NCBI GenBank assembly: GCA_040397215.1
Contig: JBBAWK010000002.1
Strand: one strand, 5' to 3'
Length of the DNA stretch: 64,000 nt
DNA from: Candidatus Limnocylindrus sp.
Lineage (GTDB): Bacteria; Chloroflexota; Limnocylindria; Limnocylindrales; Limnocylindraceae
Shown here piece by piece: positions 1 to 9,493 of this stretch. A program made the position numbers and the translations under genes. Positions within the stretch are counted from its first letter, which is position 1. Every line of letters begins with the position of its first letter. Under the pieces are notes generated by a model. It searched no databases. It had not been told where the DNA came from and saw nothing but the letters and a program-made list of their open reading frames with translations.

Positions 1-992
1 CGGGGACCGCACCAGGGGCCGACCAGCGTCTGGCACCAGAGAAGTTAGAGAACGCGCGCAACTTCATGAACAAACTCTGGAACGCCGCACGCTACGTGCT
101 TGGCGCGCGACCCGTTGAGGCAACGGGAGAGCGGCCCTCGGCTGCCGATGCGCATGCAGCGGCGGGGGAGTTCGGCACCTGGATGGTGACGCGCCTCAGC
201 GCCGCGGTGGATGACGTCGACCGTGCCCTTGGGCAGTACGGCTTCTCTGAAGCGTCGCAGCGCATCTACGACGCAATCTGGGCGGAGTATTGCGACCAGG
301 CGATTGAGATTGCCAAGGTGACACTCGCCGACGAGACGCGACCGGCGGCGGAGCGCACCGCCGTCTGGTGGACGCTCGTCGACTCGCTCGATGATCTCTT
401 GCGCCTGCTGCACCCTATTGCGCCATTCATTACGGAAGGGATCTGGGAGGCGCTCCCGCGACGCGCAAACGATCCTGGACTCTTGGCGACAGCGGCCTGG
501 CCGGCGCGGCATGCCGCTTCGAGCAGCGCAGTGAGCAGCATTGACCAGTGGCTCGACCTCGTGCGCGAGGTACGCGCGGCGCGCACCATCGCAAAGCTTC
601 CCGCTGGTGCGTGGATCCCACTGACTGTTGCAGCACCACCACCACTCGCGACATCGGGCGAGGGGCTGCGCTCCGCGATTGAGCGGCTGGCGCGCGTGCG
701 ACCACTCACCATTCAGGCTGTACTTCCGACCGAGGGTGAGGGACTCCTCGTTGTGGCGGGCACACTCACCGCGCGACTTGAGCCGCCGCAGGCCGATGCC
801 GCAGCGCTTGATGCCGATCGCGCCCGACGCGAGCGCGACCTTGTCGCCGCGCAGGCACAACTGGCGGCCGCGGAGGCCCGCCTCGCCGATCCGTCATTTA
901 CGGGGAAGGCGCCAGCTGCCGTGGTCGCAGGCGCAGAGCGCCGCGTTGCCGAACTGCGCGACGAGATCGCGCGCCTGGAGCGAGGCTCCTAA
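1..992 (+). CDS. valS: valyl-tRNA synthetase, C-terminal part (5' end lies outside the window)
   Basis: The frame is open from base 3 with no stop. It contains the RNF(M)NKLWNA anticodon-binding motif and the C-terminal coiled-coil (AQAQLAAAEARLADPSF) typical of ValRS. Confidence 0.85.
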   Translation, partial: GTAPGADQRLAPEKLENARNFMNKLWNAARYVLGARPVEATGERPSAADAHAAAGEFGTWMVTRLSAAVDDVDRALGQYGFSEASQRIYDAIWAEYCDQAIEIAKVTLADETRPAAERTAVWWTLVDSLDDLLRLLHPIAPFITEGIWEALPRRANDPGLLATAAWPARHAASSSAVSSIDQWLDLVREVRAARTIAKLPAGAWIPLTVAAPPPLATSGEGLRSAIERLARVRPLTIQAVLPTEGEGLLVVAGTLTARLEPPQADAAALDADRARRERDLVAAQAQLAAAEARLADPSFTGKAPAAVVAGAERRVAELRDEIARLERGS

Positions 993-1255
993 TGCCGTTC
1001 TACGACTACCTCTGCGCGAAGTGCGGCGCCACCGTTGAGGTGCTGCACGGCCTTGATGAGCAGCAGGCTCGGACCCACGAAGATTGTGGCGGGACGCTCG
1101 AGCGACAATTCTCTGCGGCGAGCGTGCACTTCAAGGGGAGCGGCTGGGCCAAACTCGATCGCCGCAGCGGTGGCTCGGGTGGCTCGGGTGGCTCGGGCTC
1201 CTCGGATGCGCCTGCGAGCACGCCAGCCCCAGCCCCAAAGGGCGACGCGAAGTAA
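992..1255 (+). CDS. FmdB-family zinc-ribbon protein (putative regulatory protein)
   Basis: The N-terminus MPFYDYLCAKCG...C(25)GG with CxxC pairs is characteristic of the FmdB zinc-ribbon family. The start overlaps the valS stop (TAATG). The C-terminus carries a GGS-repeat linker. Confidence 0.7.
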   Translation: MPFYDYLCAKCGATVEVLHGLDEQQARTHEDCGGTLERQFSAASVHFKGSGWAKLDRRSGGSGGSGGSGSSDAPASTPAPAPKGDAK

Positions 1256-1287
1256 GCGATCTCCCTAATCGGGTAGGCTTCCTCGCA

Positions 1288-2721
1288 ATGAGTATCAACG
1301 CTGACTCCTCGCGAACCCTTGCTGGCACTCCCGCCGCTGACGCGACCCCAGCCGTTGCAGAACTCGACACCATCGTCTCGCTAGCGAAGCGCCGCGGCTT
1401 TGTCTACCCGAGCTCCGAGATCTACGGCGGCATCAACGCGGTGTGGGACTACGGCCCTCTCGGCGTAGAGCTGAAGAACAATGTGAAGCGAGCCTGGTGG
1501 CGCAGCGTGGTGCAGCAGCGCCATGAGGTGGTCGGGCTTGATGCTGGCATCCTGATGCACCCACAGGTGTGGAAGACCTCCGGCCACGTCGGCTCTTTCA
1601 GCGATCCACTCGTTGAGTGCACCGCCTGCAAGCGTCGCTACCGCCTCGACGAACTCCCAGGAACCGGCGACCTCACGACCACCCAGCTCGCCGATGCCGA
1701 GATCGTTAGCAAGATGGGCCTGAAGTGCCCCGATTGCGACGGCTCGCTGACGGCCCCGCGCCGATTCAACCTGATGTTCAAGACCTTTATGGGCCCTGTG
1801 GAGGATAAGGCCGCGGTTGTCTACCTTCGCCCCGAGACGGCGCAGGGCGCCTACGTGCAGCACAAGAACGTTCGCGATTCGTCGCGCAAGAAGATCCCGT
1901 TCGGCATCGCACAGATCGGCAAGTCATTCCGTAACGAGATCAGCCCAGGAAACTTCGTCTTCCGCATGCGCGAGTTCGAGCAGATGGAGCTGCAGATGTT
2001 CGTACGCCCCGACGAGGCCGCCACTGCGGCATTCGAGGAGTGGCTGCCCCGACGACTTGAGTGGTACAAGTCCTACGGCGTTTCGCCAGAGCGACTGCGC
2101 GTGCGCGAGCATGCCCCCGACGAGCTGGCCCACTACGCCAAGCGCGCCATTGACGTCGAATACCGCTTCCCGTTCGGCTGGAAGGAGCTGGAGGGGATCC
2201 ACAACCGTGGTGACTTCGACCTCTCGCGCCACGCCGCTGAGAGCGGCGAGAGCCTCGACTACTTTGACCCTGCTACCGAGACCTCATTCACCCCATGGGT
2301 GGTTGAGGCCGCAGCAGGCGCAGACCGCGCCGCCTTCACATTCCTGATCGACGCCTACCGCGAAGAGATGGTGCGTGACGAGAAGCGCGTCGTCCTCTCG
2401 CTGCATCCAGGGCTGGCGCCATACAAGGTGGCGGTGCTGCCGCTCCTTAAGAAGCGCGACGACCTCGTTGAGATGGCACATCGCATCCGTGACGGCCTCT
2501 CTCGTGAGTTCACCGCCGTCTACGACGACACCGCCGCCATCGGTAAGCTGTATCGCCGGCAAGATGAGATCGGCACGCCGTGGTGCATCTGTGTCGACGT
2601 TGACTCCATGGATGACCACGCCGTGACGGTGCGCGATCGCGACACGATGGAGCAGGAGCGCGTCAGCGCCGATCGACTTGAGGAGTTCTTCCTCGCGAAG
2701 TTGCGCGCCTCGCGCCCTTAA
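1288..2721 (+). CDS. glyQS: glycyl-tRNA synthetase (class II, alpha2 type)
   Basis: The N-terminus LAKRRGFVYPSSEIYGG...WDYGPLG and the class II motifs place it in the dimeric GlyRS family. The ATG at 1288 is in frame with the longer ORF 1084..2721. Confidence 0.85.
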   Translation: MSINADSSRTLAGTPAADATPAVAELDTIVSLAKRRGFVYPSSEIYGGINAVWDYGPLGVELKNNVKRAWWRSVVQQRHEVVGLDAGILMHPQVWKTSGHVGSFSDPLVECTACKRRYRLDELPGTGDLTTTQLADAEIVSKMGLKCPDCDGSLTAPRRFNLMFKTFMGPVEDKAAVVYLRPETAQGAYVQHKNVRDSSRKKIPFGIAQIGKSFRNEISPGNFVFRMREFEQMELQMFVRPDEAATAAFEEWLPRRLEWYKSYGVSPERLRVREHAPDELAHYAKRAIDVEYRFPFGWKELEGIHNRGDFDLSRHAAESGESLDYFDPATETSFTPWVVEAAAGADRAAFTFLIDAYREEMVRDEKRVVLSLHPGLAPYKVAVLPLLKKRDDLVEMAHRIRDGLSREFTAVYDDTAAIGKLYRRQDEIGTPWCICVDVDSMDDHAVTVRDRDTMEQERVSADRLEEFFLAKLRASRP

Positions 2722-3533
2722 ACCTCAGTCGAACCGGTTGGCTGCTTGCCGGCCGGCCAGTAGAGCTCCTTATGGATCGCCCCTTCAGGTAGGCCGTAGG
2801 CTGCAAGCTCAAGCTCGGCTGCCACGATCATCTCGGGATTTCCGCAGAGATAGGCAACCGCCTGACTTGCGTTGACGCCACGATCGCGCAGCGCGGACTG
2901 AATGATGCTCTCGACGCGGCCGGTGAGGCCAGTCCAGCCAGCATTGAGCGGGTCCGCGGGTCGCGAGATTGTTGGAACGTAGGTGGCCGGATACGACCCA
3001 CTCTTCTCCCACCCCTCAATCAACTCGCGGTAGCCGATGTCGCTGACATAGCTCACACCATTGAGGTAGATCGCACGTCGTGGGGCACCGTCGTCGGCGA
3101 GGGTGCGCGCCATGCTGACGAAGGGCGCGATCCCTGTTCCCGATGAGACGTAGATCTGCAGGCGCGTGTCGGCAGACTCCATCGTGAACTTCCCCTTCGG
3201 CGCGAGCACGCGCAGTCGATGCCCCACCGGTAGGGCGAAGACGAGCGGGGTGAACGCGCCACCACGCACGTAGCGGAGGTAGAGTTCATAGCCTCCATCG
3301 ATTGCGCGGGCCGAGGAGGCAACGGAGTAGGGGCGCTGCACGAACTTCTCGCCCACTTTCACACCGATCGTCACGTACTGGCCGGGCTCAAATGGGGTTG
3401 GCACCCCGTCGGGCTTGATCCAGACGCGGGCGAGCGTGTCGGTGTCGTCGATACGTGCCGCGAGGGTGGCGTTATAGGTGGGGTCGTCGGCAAGGATGCC
3501 GAACGAGGAGGGGGTAGCTGCCGTCTCTGCCAT
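2718..3533 (-). CDS. ferredoxin-NADP(+) reductase-like FAD/NAD(P)-binding oxidoreductase
   Basis: It carries the RPYSVAS (RxYS) FAD-binding motif and a GTGIAPF NAD(P)-binding motif of the FNR superfamily. Its stop overlaps the glyQS stop, in a convergent arrangement. Confidence 0.75.
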   Translation of the reverse strand: MAETAATPSSFGILADDPTYNATLAARIDDTDTLARVWIKPDGVPTPFEPGQYVTIGVKVGEKFVQRPYSVASSARAIDGGYELYLRYVRGGAFTPLVFALPVGHRLRVLAPKGKFTMESADTRLQIYVSSGTGIAPFVSMARTLADDGAPRRAIYLNGVSYVSDIGYRELIEGWEKSGSYPATYVPTISRPADPLNAGWTGLTGRVESIIQSALRDRGVNASQAVAYLCGNPEMIVAAELELAAYGLPEGAIHKELYWPAGKQPTGSTEV

Positions 3534-3715
3534 GGGGCCTCCTCACGGTTGGTGCGACGATGAGCGTCGCCGTTGCATGGAAGTGTAGGGGAGGGGGCGT
3601 GCGGGTGCCTTGGCGCTGGGGAGGGGCTGGCTGCTATTCTGCGACCAATAGCGCTTGACACTCACGGGCAACTGCTTTGCCCGATCACGAAATCACAGAG
3701 GAGGTCTCCCCACCG

Positions 3716-5629
3716 ATGGCTTCCGGGAGCGTTGCTGAGATCAAGAGCCGACTCGCCGTCGCCGACGTCGTTGGCGAGACGGTCGTGCTGCGCAAAGCGG
3801 GCGCTGCCTTCAAGGGCCTCTGCCCGTTTCATGGCGAGAAGACCCCCTCATTCGTTGTCACACCTGCCCGTGAAACCTGGAAGTGCTTCGGCTGCGGCAA
3901 GGGGGGCGACATCTTCACCTTCGTCATGGAACGCGACAGCCTGCCGTTCGGCGAAGCGTTGACCCAACTCGCCGCCAAGGCTGGCGTGACGATCGACGAT
4001 CGCAGTCGCGCCGAGGATGCGCGCAAGGTGCGACTCCGCGATGTGCTTGAGGGTGCAGTGAGCTTCTATCACGCCATCCTCACCGTGCACGAGCTCGGAC
4101 GCCCTGCACTCGACTACTTGCATTCGCGTGGATTCACCGACGAGACGATCGAGGCGCAGCGACTCGGCTGGTCACCAGATTCTTGGGACGCCTGCTCGAA
4201 GGCGCTCGCTGCGAAGCGCGGTGCAACACCCGCCGAGCTTGCCGCCGTCGGCCTCACCACCGAACGCGATGGTGGTCGTGGCGCCTATGACCGCTTTCGC
4301 GCGCGCGTGATCTTTCCGATCCGCGACGCGAATGGGAAGATAACCGGACTCGGTGGTCGCCTCCTCCCCGAAGATGACAAGCGCGGCGACCGCGGTCCGA
4401 AGTATTTAAACAGCGCAGCGACGGAACTCTTCGACAAGTCGCGCACCCTCTATCTCATCGATAAGGCGAAGCCCGCGATGCGCAGGAGCGGCACCGCGGT
4501 GCTCGTTGAGGGATATACCGACGCACTGATGGCGCATCAGTCTGGCTTCACAAACGTTGTCGCGAGCATGGGAACGGCACTGACTCCTGCGCAGGTCGCG
4601 CTCCTCCTGCGCTACGGATCGAAGATTCTCTTGGCGTACGACGTTGATGCTGCTGGAGCGAAGGCGGGCGCATTCGGAGCTACCGAACTGCTGCGACTCG
4701 TGACCGAGCTTGGTAGCGCCGATGGCGGACCATCGCTCGTTGATGTGGGGATCGTGCGCCTCCCTGACGGGAAAGATCCCGACGAAGTCGTTCGCGACCA
4801 ACCAGAAGCGTGGCGCGCCGCAACGGAGCAGCCGATTCCGGTGGTGGAGTACCTCATCGACACCCACGCTCAGGCACATGACTTAAAAGACCTTGGCGGT
4901 CGCAAGCGTGCTATCGACGGGATCAAGCCAATCCTTCGTAGCCTTCGTGACCCAATTGTTCGCGATGGCTACATCTCTGCGGCTGCACGGCGCATCGGCG
5001 TCGACGAGAACTCAATTCGTGAGGCGATGATCCAGCGCGGCGCTGAGACGGCCCGCGCAGAGAGCCGCATCTCGGCGGATAGCGTGCGCGCCGCCGACGC
5101 GGACGGTGACATCGACTCCATCCTTGCCGGGGTAACGCCCCCCGAGGCCGAGCTGCTCCGACTCCTTATTGCGGCGCCTGCCGAGCGGCTCCGTGTGCGC
5201 GACGTGCTTGTCGACCAGCTCTTCACGAGCGGATTGGCGCGCTCACTCTGGCGCGGACTCCGTGCGGCACTCGACAGTGCGCTGGAGGCGGGGGCGGCCG
5301 TTGATGCTCTGGAACGGCTACCCGTTACGATTGAGGGCGAAGAGCGCCGTCTGGCCCAGGCACTCTCCGAACGCCTTGGGGCCACCGTTGAGTTCACGCG
5401 AATCCGGATCGGTATTGATCAGACCGTCTTGCGGCTGGAGGCTGATCGCCTTGAAGAGGCGATGGCCTGGTCGCGCAGTGAGATTGCCGAGGCGGAGCGA
5501 GAGGGCGATGCCGCTCGTGTTCGGGCCCTCATGGAGGCAGAGCGAGATCTAGGACAAATGCGGAAGGCGCTCGACCGACGCTTCTTGGCGTCGGGAGTGC
5601 TCACAGCGGCAAAGGGGGGGAGCAAGTGA
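3716..5629 (+). CDS. dnaG: DNA primase
   Basis: It has a CHC2 zinc finger ([11 protein letters not shown]...CFGCG), a TOPRIM region and a C-terminal helical domain. An AGGAGG RBS lies 12 nt upstream of the ATG at 3716; the track ORF begins at TTG 3677. Confidence 0.85.
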   Translation: MASGSVAEIKSRLAVADVVGETVVLRKAGAAFKGLCPFHGEKTPSFVVTPARETWKCFGCGKGGDIFTFVMERDSLPFGEALTQLAAKAGVTIDDRSRAEDARKVRLRDVLEGAVSFYHAILTVHELGRPALDYLHSRGFTDETIEAQRLGWSPDSWDACSKALAAKRGATPAELAAVGLTTERDGGRGAYDRFRARVIFPIRDANGKITGLGGRLLPEDDKRGDRGPKYLNSAATELFDKSRTLYLIDKAKPAMRRSGTAVLVEGYTDALMAHQSGFTNVVASMGTALTPAQVALLLRYGSKILLAYDVDAAGAKAGAFGATELLRLVTELGSADGGPSLVDVGIVRLPDGKDPDEVVRDQPEAWRAATEQPIPVVEYLIDTHAQAHDLKDLGGRKRAIDGIKPILRSLRDPIVRDGYISAAARRIGVDENSIREAMIQRGAETARAESRISADSVRAADADGDIDSILAGVTPPEAELLRLLIAAPAERLRVRDVLVDQLFTSGLARSLWRGLRAALDSALEAGAAVDALERLPVTIEGEERRLAQALSERLGATVEFTRIRIGIDQTVLRLEADRLEEAMAWSRSEIAEAEREGDAARVRALMEAERDLGQMRKALDRRFLASGVLTAAKGGSK

Positions 5630-7770
5630 CGAAGGCGAAGCAGGTAAGCAAGGTGACCGTGGGCACGCCCGTAAAGGCGACGCCAGTGAAGGCCGCTGCA
5701 AAGCCCGTCGCTAAGGTCGCCCCAAAGCCCGTCGTAAAGCCGACGGCGAAGGTCGCCGCGAAGCCCGCCGCCAAGCCGGTTGCAAAGCGCGGAACTCTCA
5801 CAACTTCAAAGCCCGCTGCAAAGTCAGTCGCCAAGGCCGCCCCAAAGCCTGCTGCAAAACCGGCTCCGAAGAAGTCCGTGCCAACAAAGGCCGTCGCGAA
5901 GAGTTCAATCAAGCCAGCGGCGAAAAAAACCGCTGCGCCGATCGCCAAGGCAAAGCCGGTCGCTAAGGCTGCGCCAGCGAATGGGAAGAAGCCCGTTGTC
6001 GTAGTCGTTGCGAAGGGCAGGACCGTTGCACGCGCTTCACTCGCGGCATCACCTGCGTCAACTGCGAAGTCGAAGGGCGAAAAGCCAAAGGCAGAGAAGA
6101 CTAAGAGCGAGAAGCTGGCACCTGCCGGAGCAGCCGCCCCCGCAAAGGCGCAGGGAAAACTCGCAAAGGGGAAGGCGGCGGCCGGCCCAACTGCAAAGCT
6201 TGACGGCGTCGCTGAGCCTGGCGCGGCCGATCTCGCCGAGATTGAGGTTGATGGCGTCGAGATGCTCAGCCCAGAGGCGGCCGCTGCACTCCTTGTTGCT
6301 GAGGTTGCCCCAGAGGCACCGAAGCCTGAAGTTGCTGAGCCAGTTGCGGAGTCAACAGGCGTTGACGATCCGGTGCGCATGTACCTCAAGGAGATTGGTC
6401 GCGTTGGGCTACTCACCGCCGAAGAGGAGGTCGTTCTCGCCAAGATGATTGAGCTCGGCGAGCAGATGGCCGATGAGCCGTGGAAGGCTGTCTACAACCT
6501 GCATCAGTGGACCTATCACGAGACGGAACTCAAGACGCGCAAGAAGAAGGAGTGGTACCGACTTGATCCGGCGCTCGCTGCGAAGGCGCACGCCACCAAT
6601 GCCGAAGCGATCGGTGCGTGGGTTAAGGGGCATCACGTGCACGAGTGCAAGGTCACCGGATTTGATAAGGCCTCGCGAGAAGTGGCGGGCGAGACCGCCA
6701 AGAAGAATCTGATGATTGCGAAGAGCCTCGTGAAGTCGTTCAATGAGCCGAACCGACGAAACCTTGCAGCAAAGACGGCGGAGATGATCGACTTTGCCTT
6801 CCAAACAGTGGGAACTGGCGACATGGAGAGCCGTGACAACGGTGTGCTCCAGAAGCTCTTCCTCTGGGCCCGCGACGAGATCGCCTGGCCAGCGCTGGAG
6901 ACCTGGATTGCCCAAGGGAAGCACATCGCCACGGATGGGAAGGACTGGATCCGCGAGGCGGGTTGGGATCCCGAGAATCCAGCACTCGGCAAGCTGCGCG
7001 GACGTGAAGGCTACGTCGTGCAGCTCGGCTGGCGCGGACGCGAGGAGCTGACCAAGGCGAACCTGCGCCTCGTCGTCTCCATCGCCAAGAAGTACATCGG
7101 TCGCGGCATGAGCTTCTTAGACCTGATCCAGGAGGGGAACATCGGACTGATTCGCGCCGTTGAGAAGTTTGAGTACATCAAGGGCTTCAAGTTCTCGACC
7201 TATGCAACGTGGTGGATCCGCCAGGCGATCACGCGAGCGATCGCCGATCAGGCGCGAACGATCCGCATCCCGGTGCATATGTATGAGCAGCTGAATCGCC
7301 TCACCCGCGTCCAGCGCCAGCTCTTCCAGGAGCTTGGCCGCGAAGCGACGGATGATGAGATCGCCAAGGAGCTCACCAAGGTCACCGAGTCGGAGGTGAC
7401 CGCAGAGCGCGTGCGCGAGATGCGCAAGGTGAGCCAGGAGCCGGTCTCCCTCGAGACGCCGATCGGCGAAGAGGAGGACAGCCATCTCGGCGACTTCATC
7501 GAGGACAAGTCGGCGAAGAAGCCGGACGAGGCGGCGAACAGCCAGCTGCTCTCCGAGCAGATCGTCGCCACGCTGGAGTCGCTCAGCCTCCGCGAGCAGC
7601 GGGTGCTCAAGTTGCGCTTCGGCCTGGAGGATGGGCGGCAGCGCACCCTGGAGGAGGTCGGAGCGGAGTTCAACGTGACGCGCGAACGCATCCGCCAGAT
7701 CGAGGCGAAGGCGCTGCGCAAGCTGCGCCACCCATCGCGAGCACGCAAGCTGCGCGACTACCTCGACTAG
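5626..7770 (+). CDS. rpoD: primary RNA polymerase sigma-70 factor with a ~200-aa Lys/Ala/Pro-repeat N-terminal extension
   Basis: Regions 1.2, 2 ([19 protein letters not shown]...[15 protein letters not shown]), 3 and 4 are conserved. The GTG start overlaps the dnaG stop (GTGA). The N-terminus is made of AKP(V/A)AK repeats. Confidence 0.9.
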   Translation: MTKAKQVSKVTVGTPVKATPVKAAAKPVAKVAPKPVVKPTAKVAAKPAAKPVAKRGTLTTSKPAAKSVAKAAPKPAAKPAPKKSVPTKAVAKSSIKPAAKKTAAPIAKAKPVAKAAPANGKKPVVVVVAKGRTVARASLAASPASTAKSKGEKPKAEKTKSEKLAPAGAAAPAKAQGKLAKGKAAAGPTAKLDGVAEPGAADLAEIEVDGVEMLSPEAAAALLVAEVAPEAPKPEVAEPVAESTGVDDPVRMYLKEIGRVGLLTAEEEVVLAKMIELGEQMADEPWKAVYNLHQWTYHETELKTRKKKEWYRLDPALAAKAHATNAEAIGAWVKGHHVHECKVTGFDKASREVAGETAKKNLMIAKSLVKSFNEPNRRNLAAKTAEMIDFAFQTVGTGDMESRDNGVLQKLFLWARDEIAWPALETWIAQGKHIATDGKDWIREAGWDPENPALGKLRGREGYVVQLGWRGREELTKANLRLVVSIAKKYIGRGMSFLDLIQEGNIGLIRAVEKFEYIKGFKFSTYATWWIRQAITRAIADQARTIRIPVHMYEQLNRLTRVQRQLFQELGREATDDEIAKELTKVTESEVTAERVREMRKVSQEPVSLETPIGEEEDSHLGDFIEDKSAKKPDEAANSQLLSEQIVATLESLSLREQRVLKLRFGLEDGRQRTLEEVGAEFNVTRERIRQIEAKALRKLRHPSRARKLRDYLD

Positions 7771-7842
7771 GGGGATCGTGCGGCGGGGAGGAGCCGCGGC
7801 CCTCCCTGCTAATATTCCGCTCGCGGCAGAGGCCGCGGTCAT

Positions 7843-7917
7843 TCCGGCGTAGCTCAGTGGTAGAGCGGGCGGCTGTTAACCGCCATGTCGTAGGTTCGAA
7901 TCCTACCGCCGGAGCCA
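7843..7917 (+). tRNA. tRNA-Asn (anticodon GTT)
   Basis: It folds as a cloverleaf: acceptor TCCGGCG/CGCCGGA, D-arm GCTC-AGTGGTA-GAGC, anticodon arm GGCGG-CTGTTAA-CCGCC, T-arm GTAGG-TTCGAAT-CCTAC. The 3' CCA is encoded. Confidence 0.85.
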
Positions 7918-7945
7918 GCACCTAACGGGAGAGTGGAGGGCGCGA

Positions 7946-8314
7946 ATGGTTGCAACCGGACTCAGCGAGAGCCCTCAGGCCTACCGTACGAAGTTGCTTG
8001 AGCAGAGCGACAGCAAGATCGATGCCTGGGCCACCGGCTCGCTGCGTGACATGGCGAAGCGCAAGGGGATCGTCGCCGTCATCCGCGAGTTCTCCCACTC
8101 GGCACATCTCGATGAAGATGGTCTTGCTGGCGCATACACGCTCGGTGGCGGCCCGGCCGCAACGATGGGGCGTGACGCTGAGGGGCAACTCCTTCTCCCT
8201 GCGGTGGGCCTCTGGTGCCTCGTCCCCGGCCTGCGCACGGTAGATCCGAAGGGGAGTCGTGAGCGACTCGTCGCCTTCCTCGTAGCGACCTTCGAAGAGG
8301 TCGTCTACATCTAA
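7946..8314 (+). CDS. hypothetical protein (122 aa)
   Basis: The ORF begins 28 nt after tRNA-Asn with a GGAGGG RBS 6 nt before its ATG. I recognise no family for it. Confidence 0.5.
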   Translation: MVATGLSESPQAYRTKLLEQSDSKIDAWATGSLRDMAKRKGIVAVIREFSHSAHLDEDGLAGAYTLGGGPAATMGRDAEGQLLLPAVGLWCLVPGLRTVDPKGSRERLVAFLVATFEEVVYI

Positions 8315-8324
8315 CTTTGGTCGG

Positions 8325-9368
8325 CTACTCCGACTTCTGGCGCAAGATCGCGGCGAGGTTATCGAGCTTATTGCGCGCGATCAGCAGCCACTTCGCCATG
8401 TTGGCGCGATCCGTTTCACTGAGTGGAGTCCCCAACTCTGGCTGATCAATCTCATGCAGAACCAACGCGAGCGCGTCGATTGAACTTGCGAGGCTGTCGC
8501 GGGCGTTAGTTAACGCCGCGTCTGACGCTGACGCGATGGCTGCCGCTTGTGTGGAGACTGGCGCCGAGGCGCTCGCCACGGGCTGCTTCGCCGCGGCAAT
8601 GATCGGCCGCTCGTTTGGTGAGGCAAACGGGAAGATCGACGGTGCGACGACCTCTGGTGCGGGGGATGGCTCGGGGCGTTCGTCGCGGACAACACTCTTG
8701 AGGCGGGCGAGGGAGAGCTCGCCGCGCATCACCTGTGCCGCCAGTTCACTTCGTCGTGCCGGATCGGTGATCTTCATCAACTCATAGGCGTGGCTGATCG
8801 TGTCGGAGCGCTCCGCGACGAGGGCGCGGATGTCGGCCGGTGCATGCATCAGGCGGAGCCGATTTTCGACGTAGCCCTTGTCCTTGCCGATGCGTTCGGC
8901 CAGCTTGCGAATGCTGTAACCGAGTTCGCTCGTCATGCGCGCGAAGATCGCCGCCTCATCGAGTGGGGAGAGATCCTCACGCTGCAGGTTCTCGATGATT
9001 GCAACCTCAAGGGCGATCTCATCGCTCATCGCCTCAACGATTGCAGGAATCATCGGCAGTCCGAGTGAGAGCACGGCGCGCCAGCGACGTTCGCCGGCGA
9101 CAATCTCGTAGGAGCCCGGCTCGGTTGGGCGCACGATGATTGGCTGCAGCACCCCATGCTCACGAATGCTGGCGGTGAGCTCATCGATCGCCAGTGGAGG
9201 GAGTGCGAGGCGGGGCTGCTTAGCGTTGACCGTCACGCGATCGACCGCGATCTGTCGCACCGAGCGGTCACCGTGGGCGCCCTCGGGTGGGAGGAGCGAG
9301 AGAATGGCGTCGTCAAACTCCTGCCCGCTGGCCTCGGAGCCGCCCGTTGGCTGCTTCCCTTTCGGCAT
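8325..9368 (-). CDS. ParB/Spo0J-family CTPase-type DNA-binding protein (orphan, no parA partner)
   Basis: It has the ParB N-terminal domain with the GERRWRA CTP-binding motif and an HTH region ([22 protein letters not shown]). The start MPKGKQ sits behind an AGAGGAGG RBS; the track ORF over-extends the N-terminus. Confidence 0.75.
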   Translation of the reverse strand: MPKGKQPTGGSEASGQEFDDAILSLLPPEGAHGDRSVRQIAVDRVTVNAKQPRLALPPLAIDELTASIREHGVLQPIIVRPTEPGSYEIVAGERRWRAVLSLGLPMIPAIVEAMSDEIALEVAIIENLQREDLSPLDEAAIFARMTSELGYSIRKLAERIGKDKGYVENRLRLMHAPADIRALVAERSDTISHAYELMKITDPARRSELAAQVMRGELSLARLKSVVRDERPEPSPAPEVVAPSIFPFASPNERPIIAAAKQPVASASAPVSTQAAAIASASDAALTNARDSLASSIDALALVLHEIDQPELGTPLSETDRANMAKWLLIARNKLDNLAAILRQKSE

Positions 9369-9493
9369 GCTGCCTCCTCTGTTCGCTTCGTGCGCCTTGC
9401 GGCTCACCGTTTCGCCGCATCGTACCGCGCGAGCGGTGTGGGAGAATCGTGCGGAGCGAAGTGCCCGGAACGGGCCAGGTAAGGGAGGTGAGC

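Noticed and set aside
45-860. 271-aa minus-strand ORF, plus other long antisense ORFs (23023..23985, 41351..42196, 57933..58826, 61721..62521, 37544..38182).
   Set aside because: Each lies entirely antisense to a well-supported conserved gene (valS, murF, SBP, gatB, dnaE, acnA). High GC suppresses stop codons in off-frames, and I saw no RBS or family signal.
5601-6443. 280-aa Gly/Ala/Phe-rich ORF on the minus strand.
   Set aside because: It is the antisense mirror of the AKP-repeat region of rpoD. The low-complexity GC-rich repeats read open on both strands, and the sigma factor frame is the real gene.
7785-7837. Two GC-rich hairpins (GGGAGG...CCTCCC and CGCGGC-AGAG-GCCGCG) after rpoD as a terminator.
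   Set aside because: They are not followed by a T-tract, and tRNA-Asn starts 6 nt later. This may be a processing or termination structure, but it is too uncertain to call.
7843-9368. Integrated mobile element at the tRNA-Asn 3' end.
   Set aside because: There is no integrase, recombinase or transposase, and I noticed no direct repeat of the tRNA 3' end. It is kept as a low-confidence finding, not a mobile_element feature.
9369-9493. Possible cobalamin riboswitch upstream of the methylmalonyl-CoA mutase gene.
   Set aside because: I could not find a B12-box (GCCACTG-like) or the conserved riboswitch helices. The region is more likely a plain divergent promoter.
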